Shown here piece after piece: positions 1-8,588 of a DNA stretch of 64,000 nucleotides; position 1 is the first letter of the stretch; each line of letters opens with the position of its first letter. Below the pieces are notes generated by a model. The model was not told the origin of the DNA, did no database searches, and was given only the letters and a program-made list of their open reading frames with translations. Source of the stretch: Candidatus Limnocylindria bacterium (GTDB lineage: Bacteria; Chloroflexota; Limnocylindria; QHBO01); contig DASSCI010000005.1 in the NCBI GenBank assembly GCA_035697845.1, positions 8,262 through 72,261 of the forward strand, given 5' to 3'. Both the position numbers and the translations under genes were made by a program.

Positions 1-689
1 TGCGCGATGAACTCCTTGAGGATGTCGTTCTGGAGCGTGCCGGCCAGCTGCGCGCGTGGCACGCCGGCCTTCTCGGCGGCCACGATGTACATCGCCCAGA
101 TCATGGCGGCGGGGGAGTTGATGGTCATCGAGGTCGAGATCTCGCCGACCGGCAGGCCATCGAGCAGGATCTCCATGTCGGCTAGGCTCGACACCGCCAC
201 GCCGCACGTGCCGAACTCGCCGGCGGCCATGGGCTCGTCATGGTCGTAGCCGTACAGCGTCGGCATGTCGTAGGCGATGCTCAATCCCGTGCCCCCGGCG
301 GCGATCAGCTTCTTGAACCGATCGTTCGTGTCCTCGGCCGTGCCGAAGCCGGCGAACATGCGCATCGTCCAGAGGCGGCCGCGATGGCCGGTGGGATGGA
401 TGCCCCGCGTGAAGGGCGGCTCACCGGGCAGGCCGACGTCGGCGATCTCGTCCCAGCCATCGGCTTCATCGGCGGACGGGCTGAACTGATACCGAGGTCG
501 GCCGGCATCGGGATCGTTGGCCGGGTCGTGCAGGTCCGCCGGCGTGTAGACCCGATCGATCTCGACGCCCGATTGCGTGATGAAGCGGGCCTTGCGCTCC
601 GGCGATCGCTCGAGCGCCGGCTCGAGGCGCTCCTTCTCCCAGGAGTCCTCGTGCTCACGCCAGCGCTGCTCGTCACTCATGGGAGCCAT
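1..689 (-). CDS. icmA: Acyl-CoA mutase large (catalytic) subunit, N-terminal ~230 aa only (gene runs off the window); isobutyryl-CoA mutase (IcmA)-like
   Basis: The reverse-strand translation [10 protein letters not shown]...[59 protein letters not shown]...[13 protein letters not shown] matches the methylmalonyl-CoA mutase family substrate barrel. The residues equivalent to MCM Tyr89 and Arg207 are Phe (MRMF) and Gln (FIAQ), which is the isobutyryl-CoA mutase signature. The start codon is at 689. Confidence 0.75.
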   Translation of the reverse strand, partial: MAPMSDEQRWREHEDSWEKERLEPALERSPERKARFITQSGVEIDRVYTPADLHDPANDPDAGRPRYQFSPSADEADGWDEIADVGLPGEPPFTRGIHPTGHRGRLWTMRMFAGFGTAEDTNDRFKKLIAAGGTGLSIAYDMPTLYGYDHDEPMAAGEFGTCGVAVSSLADMEILLDGLPVGEISTSMTINSPAAMIWAMYIVAAEKAGVPRAQLAGTLQNDILKEFIA

Positions 690-736
690 GATCGGGGCAA
701 TACCGATGCCGCCGCAAGCGGCGCTAGCATGCGCGC

Positions 737-2761
737 ATGACCGATGCCTTCGATTTCGATGCCTATCTGCGCCTGCCGCGTCTCTCGGGGCTGCGTGCTT
801 CGCCCGATGGCCGCCGGCTCATCGCCACCGTCGGACGCCCGGCGCCGGACGGCAAGAAGATGCACAGCTCCATCTGGGAGCTCGACGGGACCGGCGATCA
901 GCGGCCCCGTCGGCTGACGCGGTCCGCGCCCGGCGAGAGCGCCGCGACCTTAGCGCGCGACGGATCGATCCTCTTCACCTCCACGCGTCCGGATCCCGAC
1001 CGCGGCCCCGACGACGATGACGAGGAGGTGAGCGGCCTGTGGATGCTGCCGGCCAACGGCGGCGAAGCGCGCCTGCTGGTCGCGCCATCCGGTGGCGTGG
1101 ACGCGGTGGTGGCGGCGCGCGACGCCGACGTGGTCGTCTATGCCGCGTCCGTCTTCCCGGGCACCGCGGACGCGAAGGCCGATCAGGAGCGGCACAAGGC
1201 GCGCAAGAAGGCGGGCGTGGAGGCGCTGCTGTTCGACACCTTCCCGATCCGGCACTGGGACGCGTTCCACGGCCCGCGGGAGCGCCACCTGTTTGCCGCG
1301 CCGCTGCCGCAGGGCGAGGATCGGATCGCCGACCCCGTCGACCTCACGCCGGCCGCCGGCAACGCGCTGGTCGAGCAGGGCTTCGACGTCACGCCGGATG
1401 GCTCGACCGTCGTGACGGGCATGATCACGTCCGACGACCTGGGCTTCACCGACTTCAGGATCGTCGCCATCGAGCGTGCCACCGGCAAGCAACGCGACCT
1501 GACCCCCGACGATGCCTGGTATGGGGATCCCCGCGTGTCGCCGGACGGCCGCACGGTCGTCTGCGTCCGCCACGAGAAGGACGTTCCCGAGCGGATCGGC
1601 GACGAGACGCTGTGGCTCATCGACCTGGCCAGCGGGGACGGGCGCGATGCGACCCCCGACCTCGACGCCTGGCCGCAGCATCCGACCTGGTCGCCCGATG
1701 GCGCATCGGTCTACTTCACCGCCGATCATCGCGGCGCCGGTGCCGTCTATCGCCACGACGTGGGATCCGGCGAGACGACCCTGATCGCCGACGACGGTAC
1801 GTTCAGCGATCTTGCGCTCGAGGCGCCAGGCGGGCCGATGGCGCTGCGCTCCTCGTACGCGGAGCCGCCGGTGCCCGTCCGTCTCGCCTCCACGCCCGGC
1901 ACGCCGTCGCAGCGCCTGCGCACGTTCCCGGAGCTCGATGCCGATGCGCTCGCTGCGCTGCCCGGCCGCGTCGAGCGCGTCAGCGCCACCGCCGAGGACG
2001 GCCAGGACATCGGCGGCTGGCTGGTGCTGCCGCCGGAGGCATCGGCGGATGCGCCCGCACCGCTGGTGGTGTTCGTCCACGGCGGCCCGGTCGGGACGTG
2101 GAATGCGTGGAGCTGGCGATGGAACCCGCAGCTGCTGGCCGCAAAGGGCTACGCCGTGCTCCTCCCGGACCCGGCCATCTCGACCGGCTACGGGCACGCC
2201 TTCGTCCAGCGCGGCTGGGGCCGATGGGGTGCCGAGCCGTACACCGACGTCATGGCCGCGGTCGACGCCGTCCTCGAGCGACCGGAGATCGATGCCGAGC
2301 GAACGGCCCTGATGGGCGGCTCCTTCGGTGGCTACATGGCCAACTGGGTGGCCGGCAGCACGGATCGGTTCAAGGGCATCGTCACCCACGCCAGCCTGTG
2401 GGAGCTCCGCGGCTTCCACGGCACCACCGACTACGGCCCGGACTGGGAGCGCGAGTTCGGCGACCCGTACGCCGATCCCTCGCGCTACGAAGAGTGGTCA
2501 CCGGCCCGCCTGCTGGCGAACGTCAAGACGCCGATGCTCGTCATCCACGGCGAGCGCGACCTGCGCGTGCCGATCAGCGAGGCGCTCCGCCTCTGGACGG
2601 ACCTGCGTCGCCACAGGGTCCCGGCCCGGTTCCTGTACTTCCCAGATGAGAACCACTGGATCCTGAAGCCGCAGAACGCGCGGCTCTGGTACGAGACGGT
2701 GTGGGCGTTCCTCGACGAGACCGTTCGAGGGGAGGAGTTCCGCCGGCCGGCGCTTGTGTGA
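737..2761 (+). CDS. S9 family peptidase (prolyl oligopeptidase / acylaminoacyl-peptidase-like; N-terminal beta-propeller plus C-terminal alpha/beta hydrolase)
   Basis: 674 aa [14 protein letters not shown] (nucleophile elbow GxSxGG), the WD40-like PD40 repeats SPDG and a C-terminal HGERDLRVP motif indicate an S9 peptidase. Confidence 0.85.
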   Translation: MTDAFDFDAYLRLPRLSGLRASPDGRRLIATVGRPAPDGKKMHSSIWELDGTGDQRPRRLTRSAPGESAATLARDGSILFTSTRPDPDRGPDDDDEEVSGLWMLPANGGEARLLVAPSGGVDAVVAARDADVVVYAASVFPGTADAKADQERHKARKKAGVEALLFDTFPIRHWDAFHGPRERHLFAAPLPQGEDRIADPVDLTPAAGNALVEQGFDVTPDGSTVVTGMITSDDLGFTDFRIVAIERATGKQRDLTPDDAWYGDPRVSPDGRTVVCVRHEKDVPERIGDETLWLIDLASGDGRDATPDLDAWPQHPTWSPDGASVYFTADHRGAGAVYRHDVGSGETTLIADDGTFSDLALEAPGGPMALRSSYAEPPVPVRLASTPGTPSQRLRTFPELDADALAALPGRVERVSATAEDGQDIGGWLVLPPEASADAPAPLVVFVHGGPVGTWNAWSWRWNPQLLAAKGYAVLLPDPAISTGYGHAFVQRGWGRWGAEPYTDVMAAVDAVLERPEIDAERTALMGGSFGGYMANWVAGSTDRFKGIVTHASLWELRGFHGTTDYGPDWEREFGDPYADPSRYEEWSPARLLANVKTPMLVIHGERDLRVPISEALRLWTDLRRHRVPARFLYFPDENHWILKPQNARLWYETVWAFLDETVRGEEFRRPALV

Positions 2762-2896
2762 TCCACGGCACGCCGGGTGCAAGAGGATGAGCCGTGTTTG
2801 CCCTGCTTCGTCGCTTCGTGGTCGGTTGGCTTCTCATCCGCCTCGTGAGGCGGCTCACCGGAAACGACCAGGACCGTCGACGACGATGACGCCGGT

Positions 2897-3835
2897 CTAG
2901 CCGGCCCGAGCCGCATCGCGCTCGAGGTTGAGGGCCCGCTTCGCCTCGAACCGCGACGCCTGCGCGTCGAGGTCGGTGAGGAATCGGCGCAGCTCCTCGC
3001 GCCGGAGCTCGGCCGATGCGTCGAGGTTGGTCAGGCCGAAGATGCCCCAGTGGGTGAGCAGCGGCCAGACGACATCGTCGTGGTGGACACGCAGGTCATA
3101 GATCCCGGCCTTCGCCATCTGGGCTGCCTTGCGCGTGAAGCTCACCATGCCGGCGCCGGGCATTCGGAAGCCGATGACCTCGTCGGCGACGGCGTGCACC
3201 GCCGCCGACGGATCGATCTTCATCGCCTCCGACAGCATGTCGCGGTAGAAGACCATGTGGAGGTTCTCGTCGGCCGCGATGCGGGCCATGATCCGATCGG
3301 CGACCGGATCGGCGGAATAGCGGCCGGTGTTGCGGTGGCTGATGCGCGTCGCGAGCTCCTGGAAGGCGACGTAGGCGAGGCCGCGGAGGACGTTGCCACC
3401 GTCGTCGTGGTCGTAAGCGATCTGCAGCTGGTTCATGCGTGAGCGCTCGAGCGCGTACGGGTCGATGTTGCGCGTGACCACGAGATAGTCACGCAGCACG
3501 ATGGCATGGCGTCCCTCCTCGGCGGTCCATCGGTTCACCCAGTTGATCCACGGTCCGTCGCCACGGCCGAACATGCGGTGGATCTCGCGGTGGTAGCTCG
3601 GCAGGTTGTCCTCGGTGAGGAGGTTGACCTCGAACGCGATCTGCGCGACGCCGCTGATCCGCGGCTGGTCCGGCGTCCACGGCTCCTTGTCGTAGTCACG
3701 TCCGAGCGAGTACGGGACGTAATCGTGCGGGAACCACTCTCTCGCCATGCCGAGGTGGCGATTGAGCAGGCGTTCGGCCACGGGCTCGAGCTCGGTGAGG
3801 AGGTCGCGCGGCTGAGTGAAGGCTGGCGTCGTCAT
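2897..3835 (-). CDS. Acyl-ACP desaturase (soluble diiron, ferritin-like; DesA-type)
   Basis: 312 aa. EEGRHAIVLRDYL and EENLHMVFYRD-type diiron-binding helices are present, with overall similarity to stearoyl-ACP desaturase. Confidence 0.8.
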   Translation of the reverse strand: MTTPAFTQPRDLLTELEPVAERLLNRHLGMAREWFPHDYVPYSLGRDYDKEPWTPDQPRISGVAQIAFEVNLLTEDNLPSYHREIHRMFGRGDGPWINWVNRWTAEEGRHAIVLRDYLVVTRNIDPYALERSRMNQLQIAYDHDDGGNVLRGLAYVAFQELATRISHRNTGRYSADPVADRIMARIAADENLHMVFYRDMLSEAMKIDPSAAVHAVADEVIGFRMPGAGMVSFTRKAAQMAKAGIYDLRVHHDDVVWPLLTHWGIFGLTNLDASAELRREELRRFLTDLDAQASRFEAKRALNLERDAARAG

Positions 3836-3932
3836 CGGTGCTCCGGTGGAGTCGGCGCACCGCTGGTACGGACGCGCAGTTGAGCTAGGGCTGGGAGCCT
3901 ATGGTTGCACGAACCGGGCCGGAGCGGGTCGG

Positions 3933-5204
3933 CTAGGGGTAGAGCCCGCGCAGCGTCGTGGCATCGGCGACGCGCGACACGGCGACCATCATCGCCGCGC
4001 TGCGCAGGTCGACCCTCTCGGCGCTGGCCGTCGCGCCGATGTCACCCATCGCCGCGTCCATGATCCGGTCCAGCTGCGCGGTGATCTCGGCCTCGCTCCA
4101 GAAGAACGCCTGCATGTCCTGCACCCACTCGAAGTAGCCGAGCACGGTCCCGCCGGCCGTGGCCACGATGTCCGGGATGACGGTCACGCCGCGATCGGCC
4201 AGCACCAGGTCGGCGGCTGGCATTGTGCCGCCGTTGGCGACCTCGGCCACGATGCGGGCCTTGACGGCGCCGGCGTTGCCATCGGTCACTTCGCCCTGGA
4301 GTCCCGCAAGGACGAGGACGTCGCAGTCGATCGCGAAGATGTCGGCCTTGGCCATCGGCTCCGTCTCGGGCAGGCCGCTGATTGCATCGTGCTCGCGCAT
4401 CCAGTCGATGGCCCGGTCCACGGCGATCCCGGACTCGTTGGCGACGGCATCTCGATCGTCGGCGAGTGCGACGACGCGGACGCCCGCCCCGGCGAGCTCC
4501 TCGGCGAGGGTCATGCCGACGCGCCCGAAGCCCTGGATCGCCACCCGCGACCCCTTCAGCTCGAGGCCCATGCTTGCGGCGCTGGCCGCGATGCACCGAA
4601 AGGCGCCGCGCGCCGTGGCGCTGCGACGTCCGCGCGTCCCGCCGATGGCGAGCGGCTTGCCGATCACCGACGCCGCCACCGTATGGCCCCGGTGCATCGA
4701 GAGCGTGTCCATGATCCAGGCCATGGTCTGCGAGCCGGTGTTGACGTCGGGGCTTGGGATGTCGCTGTCAGGCCCCAGCAGGGGGCCAATCTCGGTCGCG
4801 AACCGGCGTGTCAGGCCCTGCCGCTCGTTCTCGGACAGCAGGCGCGGGTTGACCCGCACGCCGCCGGCCGCCCCGCCGAACGGGATCTGCACGAGCGCCG
4901 CCTTCCAGGTGTTGAGCATGGCCAGCGCGCGCACCTCGTCCAGATCGAGGCCTGGCACGTAGCGGATGCCGCCCGTGGTCGGCCCGCGGTTGACGTTGTG
5001 GTGCACGCGGTACCCGGTGTAGACCTCGACGTGTCCGTCGTCATGCGTGACCGGGAAGTGCACCGTCAGCTCGCGCTTCGGCACGCGCAGCACACGATGC
5101 ATGCCGTCGTCGAGCCCGAGGCGCTCGGCCGCCGCGTCCAGCTCACCCTGGATGTGGGTCCACAGGTCGTTGGCCGATGTCGCGCCGCGTCGCTCGGTCG
5201 TCAT
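3933..5204 (-). CDS. Glu/Leu/Phe/Val-dehydrogenase family protein; glutamate dehydrogenase paralog lacking two conserved active-site lysines (see findings)
   Basis: 423 aa. The full GDH fold is present with GIRY, DIPSPDVNTG, and the NAD-binding IQGFGRVGM motif, but the protein reads GPTTGGIRY and PFGGAAGG where canonical GDH has GPGKGGIRY and GGAKGG. Confidence 0.8.
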   Translation of the reverse strand: MTTERRGATSANDLWTHIQGELDAAAERLGLDDGMHRVLRVPKRELTVHFPVTHDDGHVEVYTGYRVHHNVNRGPTTGGIRYVPGLDLDEVRALAMLNTWKAALVQIPFGGAAGGVRVNPRLLSENERQGLTRRFATEIGPLLGPDSDIPSPDVNTGSQTMAWIMDTLSMHRGHTVAASVIGKPLAIGGTRGRRSATARGAFRCIAASAASMGLELKGSRVAIQGFGRVGMTLAEELAGAGVRVVALADDRDAVANESGIAVDRAIDWMREHDAISGLPETEPMAKADIFAIDCDVLVLAGLQGEVTDGNAGAVKARIVAEVANGGTMPAADLVLADRGVTVIPDIVATAGGTVLGYFEWVQDMQAFFWSEAEITAQLDRIMDAAMGDIGATASAERVDLRSAAMMVAVSRVADATTLRGLYP

Positions 5205-5331
5205 CGGTGTCTAGGCTAGCGCGCGCCGCAAGGCCGCGGTGGCAAGATGAGCCCGTCCATTCCAGACCGATGCGTCGGCGGCACGAGCATCCCGACCGAC
5301 GCTCACGCACAGCCCGAGGAGGACCGTCCCG

Positions 5332-6270
5332 ATGGCGCCACGCGTCATGACCGTCTCCGGACCGATCCCACCCGATCGTCTCGGCTTCACCCTCCCCCAC
5401 GAGCACACCGGCATCTACCTGTGGCACATCGAGAAGCGCTGGGATTACTGGGAGCTCACGCCGGACGAGGAGACGCTGATCGAGGAGCTCCGAGACTTTC
5501 GCCGTCGAGGCGGCGGCACGCTGGTCGACCTGACGCTGGACGGTGTCGGCCGCGACCCGCATCGGCTCCGGCGGCTGGCGAGCGCCACCGGCCTGAACAT
5601 CGTGATGGGCACGGGCTGGTATCGCGGGGCGCACTATCCGGCCGAGGCGCTCATCGACCGCAGGTCGGTCGACGACCTCGCCGACGCCATCGTGGCCGAG
5701 TTCGAGGACGGGGTAGCAGATACCGGCATCCGGCCGGGCATCATCGGCGAGATCGGCACCGACAAGCCGTGGGTCAGCGCGCTCGAGGAGCGCGTGCACC
5801 GGGCGGCGGCGCGGGCATCGCTGCGCACCGGCATGGCGATCACGACCCACGGGGTGCAGTCGGCGGTCGGCCTGGCGCAGCTGAAGATCTTCACCGAGGA
5901 GGGCGTCGACCCGGCCCGCGTCGTCATCGGCCATGCCGATTCCTATCACGACCTCGACTTCTACCTCGCCGTGCTGGCCGCGGGCGCGAACCTCCAGTTC
6001 GACTTCCTGGGCCACCGGTTCGGGACGGAGGAGGCGCTCGAGCCGCGGCTGGTGGAGACGATCGTCGAGCTGCTGGAGCGCGGTTTCGCACCGCAGGTGC
6101 TGCTCAGCCAGGACGTCTGCCACAACAGCCAGCTCAAGGCCAACGGTGGCTTCGGCTACGTATACCTGCACCAGCATTTCCTGCCGACCCTCCGCACCGC
6201 CGCGGTGGGGGAGGGCGAGATCCGAGCGATGACCATCGACAATCCGGCTCGGATTCTGACGCTCCCGTGA
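5332..6270 (+). CDS. Phosphotriesterase-family (PTE / PHP-homology) metal-dependent hydrolase
   Basis: 312 aa. The N-terminal LPHEH (HxH) metal ligands, TIM-barrel amidohydrolase pattern, and the motifs TTHG and HADSYHD indicate a phosphotriesterase-family hydrolase. Confidence 0.75.
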   Translation: MAPRVMTVSGPIPPDRLGFTLPHEHTGIYLWHIEKRWDYWELTPDEETLIEELRDFRRRGGGTLVDLTLDGVGRDPHRLRRLASATGLNIVMGTGWYRGAHYPAEALIDRRSVDDLADAIVAEFEDGVADTGIRPGIIGEIGTDKPWVSALEERVHRAAARASLRTGMAITTHGVQSAVGLAQLKIFTEEGVDPARVVIGHADSYHDLDFYLAVLAAGANLQFDFLGHRFGTEEALEPRLVETIVELLERGFAPQVLLSQDVCHNSQLKANGGFGYVYLHQHFLPTLRTAAVGEGEIRAMTIDNPARILTLP

Positions 6271-6455
6271 GCCGCGCGCCGGGTCCGGTTGGTTCGCCGC
6301 TGGGAGTATCGGCCACTTCTTCGCCGAACTGGTTCGCCCTTGAGAAGAACGGCCAAGCAGGGGGTCCCACGTTGGCTGTTCGTGGTCCGCACATGGGAAC
6401 GAAGGCCAATCATCGGCCGTTACGCCCGGCACCGCACTAGTCGCAGGCGGATCCC

Positions 6456-7493
6456 ATGCCGACGCCGCGCGACCCCGTCGCCGATCTGAAGCGCATCGCC
6501 TTCCTGCTGGAGGCGATGCAGGAGCCCGGCTACCGGGTGCGCGCCTTCCGGAGCGCGGCGACGGCGCTGGCCGGGATCGGTCCGGACGAGGTGGCCGCGC
6601 GCGCGGCCAACGGAAGCCTGCGCGAGCTGACGGGCGTCGGCGAGGTCACCGAGCGGACCATCCTGGAGAGCCTGCGCGGCGAGGAGCCGGTCTACCTTCG
6701 CCGGCTCGAGTCGCTCCCGGAGGGAACGCCGCTGGTCGAGGGCGCCGCGAAGCTGCGGGCCGCGCTGAAGGGGGACCTGCATTCCCACACCGAGGCCTCG
6801 GACGGACACTTCACCATTCGCGAGATGGCGGAGGTGGCCATCGAGCTCGGCCACGAGTACCTCGTCATCACCGACCATTCACCGCGTCTGACCATCGCCA
6901 ACGGCCTGTCGACCGAGCGACTGCTGGCCCAGCTCGACGAGATCGATGGCCTCAACCGTGAGCTCGCGCCGTTCCGGCTGCTGACCGGCATCGAGGTCGA
7001 CATCAACGAGGACGGCTCGCTCGACCAGTCTCCCGAGGTGCTCGGCCGCCTGGACGTCGTGGTTGGCAGCATGCACTCGGCGCTGCGCATGCCGGCCGAG
7101 CCGATGACACGGCGGATGGTGACCGCCCTTGCGAATCCGCACCTCGACGTGCTCGGCCACTGCACCGGCCGCATGAAGCGCAAGCGTCGCAACCGGCCGG
7201 AGTCGACCTTCGACGCGGAGATCGTCTTCGCCGCCGCGGCAAAGCTCGACAAGGCGATCGAAATCAATTGCCTTCCCGACCGCCTGGATCCGCCCAAGCG
7301 GCTCCTGCGCCTGGCGGTCGAATCGGGCTGCCGCGTGTCGATCGACTCCGACGCGCATTACCTCGGCCAGCTGGCCTGGGTCAGGGTCGGGTGCGAGCGC
7401 GGATTCCTGTGCGGCGTGACGCCGGACATCGTCGTGAATGCGCTGCCCGCCGACGAGCTGCTGGCCTGGACCGCGTCGCACGAAGCGGGCTGA
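6456..7493 (+). CDS. PHP-domain phosphoesterase with N-terminal helix-hairpin-helix (PolX C-terminal-like)
   Basis: 345 aa. The His-rich PHP motifs DLHSHTEASDG, ITDHS and DSDAH, plus N-terminal HhH-like segments, place it in the histidinol-phosphatase/PolX PHP family. Confidence 0.65.
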   Translation: MPTPRDPVADLKRIAFLLEAMQEPGYRVRAFRSAATALAGIGPDEVAARAANGSLRELTGVGEVTERTILESLRGEEPVYLRRLESLPEGTPLVEGAAKLRAALKGDLHSHTEASDGHFTIREMAEVAIELGHEYLVITDHSPRLTIANGLSTERLLAQLDEIDGLNRELAPFRLLTGIEVDINEDGSLDQSPEVLGRLDVVVGSMHSALRMPAEPMTRRMVTALANPHLDVLGHCTGRMKRKRRNRPESTFDAEIVFAAAAKLDKAIEINCLPDRLDPPKRLLRLAVESGCRVSIDSDAHYLGQLAWVRVGCERGFLCGVTPDIVVNALPADELLAWTASHEAG

Positions 7494-7553
7494 TCGCTGG
7501 CGCGCGCCGTGCAACCGCTGTCGCGCACCTACCAACCGAATCGAGGAGGAAAC

Positions 7554-7757
7554 ATGTCCGTTGCCAAGGTCACCGAGCTGTCCTGCACGTCGAACGAGAG
7601 CTTCGAGGATGCCGTCCGGCAGGGAATCGATCGTGCCAACAAGACGTTGCGCCAGGTCCGGAGCGCGTGGGTCAAGGAGCAGCGCGTCAATGTCAGCCGC
7701 GACGGCGGCATCGAGTTCCAGGCCAACATCCTCGTGACGTTCGTCCTCGAGGACTAG
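7554..7757 (+). CDS. Dodecin (flavin-binding dodecameric protein)
   Basis: 67 aa, MSVAKVTELSCTSNESFEDAVRQGIDRANKTLRQVRSAWVKEQRVNVSRDGGIEFQANILVTFVLED, aligns with bacterial dodecins (VYKVIEL...TF.LED). A strong SD GAGGAGG lies 7 nt upstream of the ATG at 7554. The track ORF started earlier at 7509. Confidence 0.8.
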   Translation: MSVAKVTELSCTSNESFEDAVRQGIDRANKTLRQVRSAWVKEQRVNVSRDGGIEFQANILVTFVLED

Positions 7758-7790
7758 ACCGATGCGGCCGGCGCCTCGCGCCGGCCGTGG

Positions 7791-8543
7791 TCATTCCGCC
7801 AGGCCGATGCGTCCGTCGGAGCGCACGAACCGCGACCGATAGGTCGGGTTGCTGACCCGCTGGCTGACCATGGCCGCATCGAGCGGCTTGCCGCTGCGCG
7901 GCGGCGCGTAGCGTCCGCGCTCGGCGATCGCGCCGGCAAGCTCTGCGGCGGACATCGGCCCGCGCTCGCGGAGCACCTCGATCATCTCGTCGTGGAGCGC
8001 GACGCGTTGCGTGGCCGGGGCTGCCGCGACGGCATTGCTGCGCACGCGCTTGGTTTCCGCGGGCGGGCCTTCGACCGGCTCGTCGCCGACGGGGGCGGGC
8101 GCCTTCGGTGCGGTGTCGCCGGCTCCTGCCTCGAGCTTGGCGACGCGCGCCGCCAGCTGCTCGAGCTGCGCCGCCAGGTTTGCCGGAGCCTCGGCGGAGC
8201 TGCCGCCGCGCGCCGCGTCGATACGTTCCTCGACCCACTGTCGGACCAGGTCGCCGGGGCGGACGCCGGCGTCTGCAGCGAGCTGCTTCAGCGTCCCGAC
8301 CCGGCGGGGGTCGAGCCGGATCGACATGGCGCCGTCATCCGGCGGTCGATCGAATCGCGGCCGTGGGCTGTACGGCCGCCCGCCGCCACCCTGGTAGGGA
8401 CGGTCGCCACCGCGGTCCCGCGGCGGGTACGAACGGTCGCCCTCGCGCGGTGGAAAGTCGCCTCCCCGCCGCGGCGGACGGTCGGATCGGTCGCGGGACG
8501 GTCGATCGGGGCGGCGATCAGGGCCGCGTCGGTTGAAGCTCAT
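7791..8543 (-). CDS. Hypothetical protein: Arg/Asp/Pro-rich disordered N-terminus, a ribbon-helix-helix-like segment and a C-terminal winged-helix-like domain
   Basis: 250 aa ORF with GC3-rich codon usage. MSIRLDPRRVGTLKQLAADAGVRPGDLVRQWVEERI resembles a CopG/RHH fold. No family could be confidently recognised. Confidence 0.5.
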   Translation of the reverse strand: MSFNRRGPDRRPDRPSRDRSDRPPRRGGDFPPREGDRSYPPRDRGGDRPYQGGGGRPYSPRPRFDRPPDDGAMSIRLDPRRVGTLKQLAADAGVRPGDLVRQWVEERIDAARGGSSAEAPANLAAQLEQLAARVAKLEAGAGDTAPKAPAPVGDEPVEGPPAETKRVRSNAVAAAPATQRVALHDEMIEVLRERGPMSAAELAGAIAERGRYAPPRSGKPLDAAMVSQRVSNPTYRSRFVRSDGRIGLAE

Positions 8544-8588
8544 TGGTTGAAACGATACGCGCTTCGTTTAAATAGCGCCACCGGTAGA

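Noticed and set aside
2796-2891. 31-codon GTG ORF (VFALLRRFVVGWLLIRLVRRLTGNDQDRRRR) with an AGAGGA upstream, between the convergent S9 peptidase and desaturase genes
   Set aside because: It is hydrophobic and toxin-like in composition, but its GC3 (~68 %) is no higher than background and it lies in a convergent-terminator region. It was kept only as a weak note.
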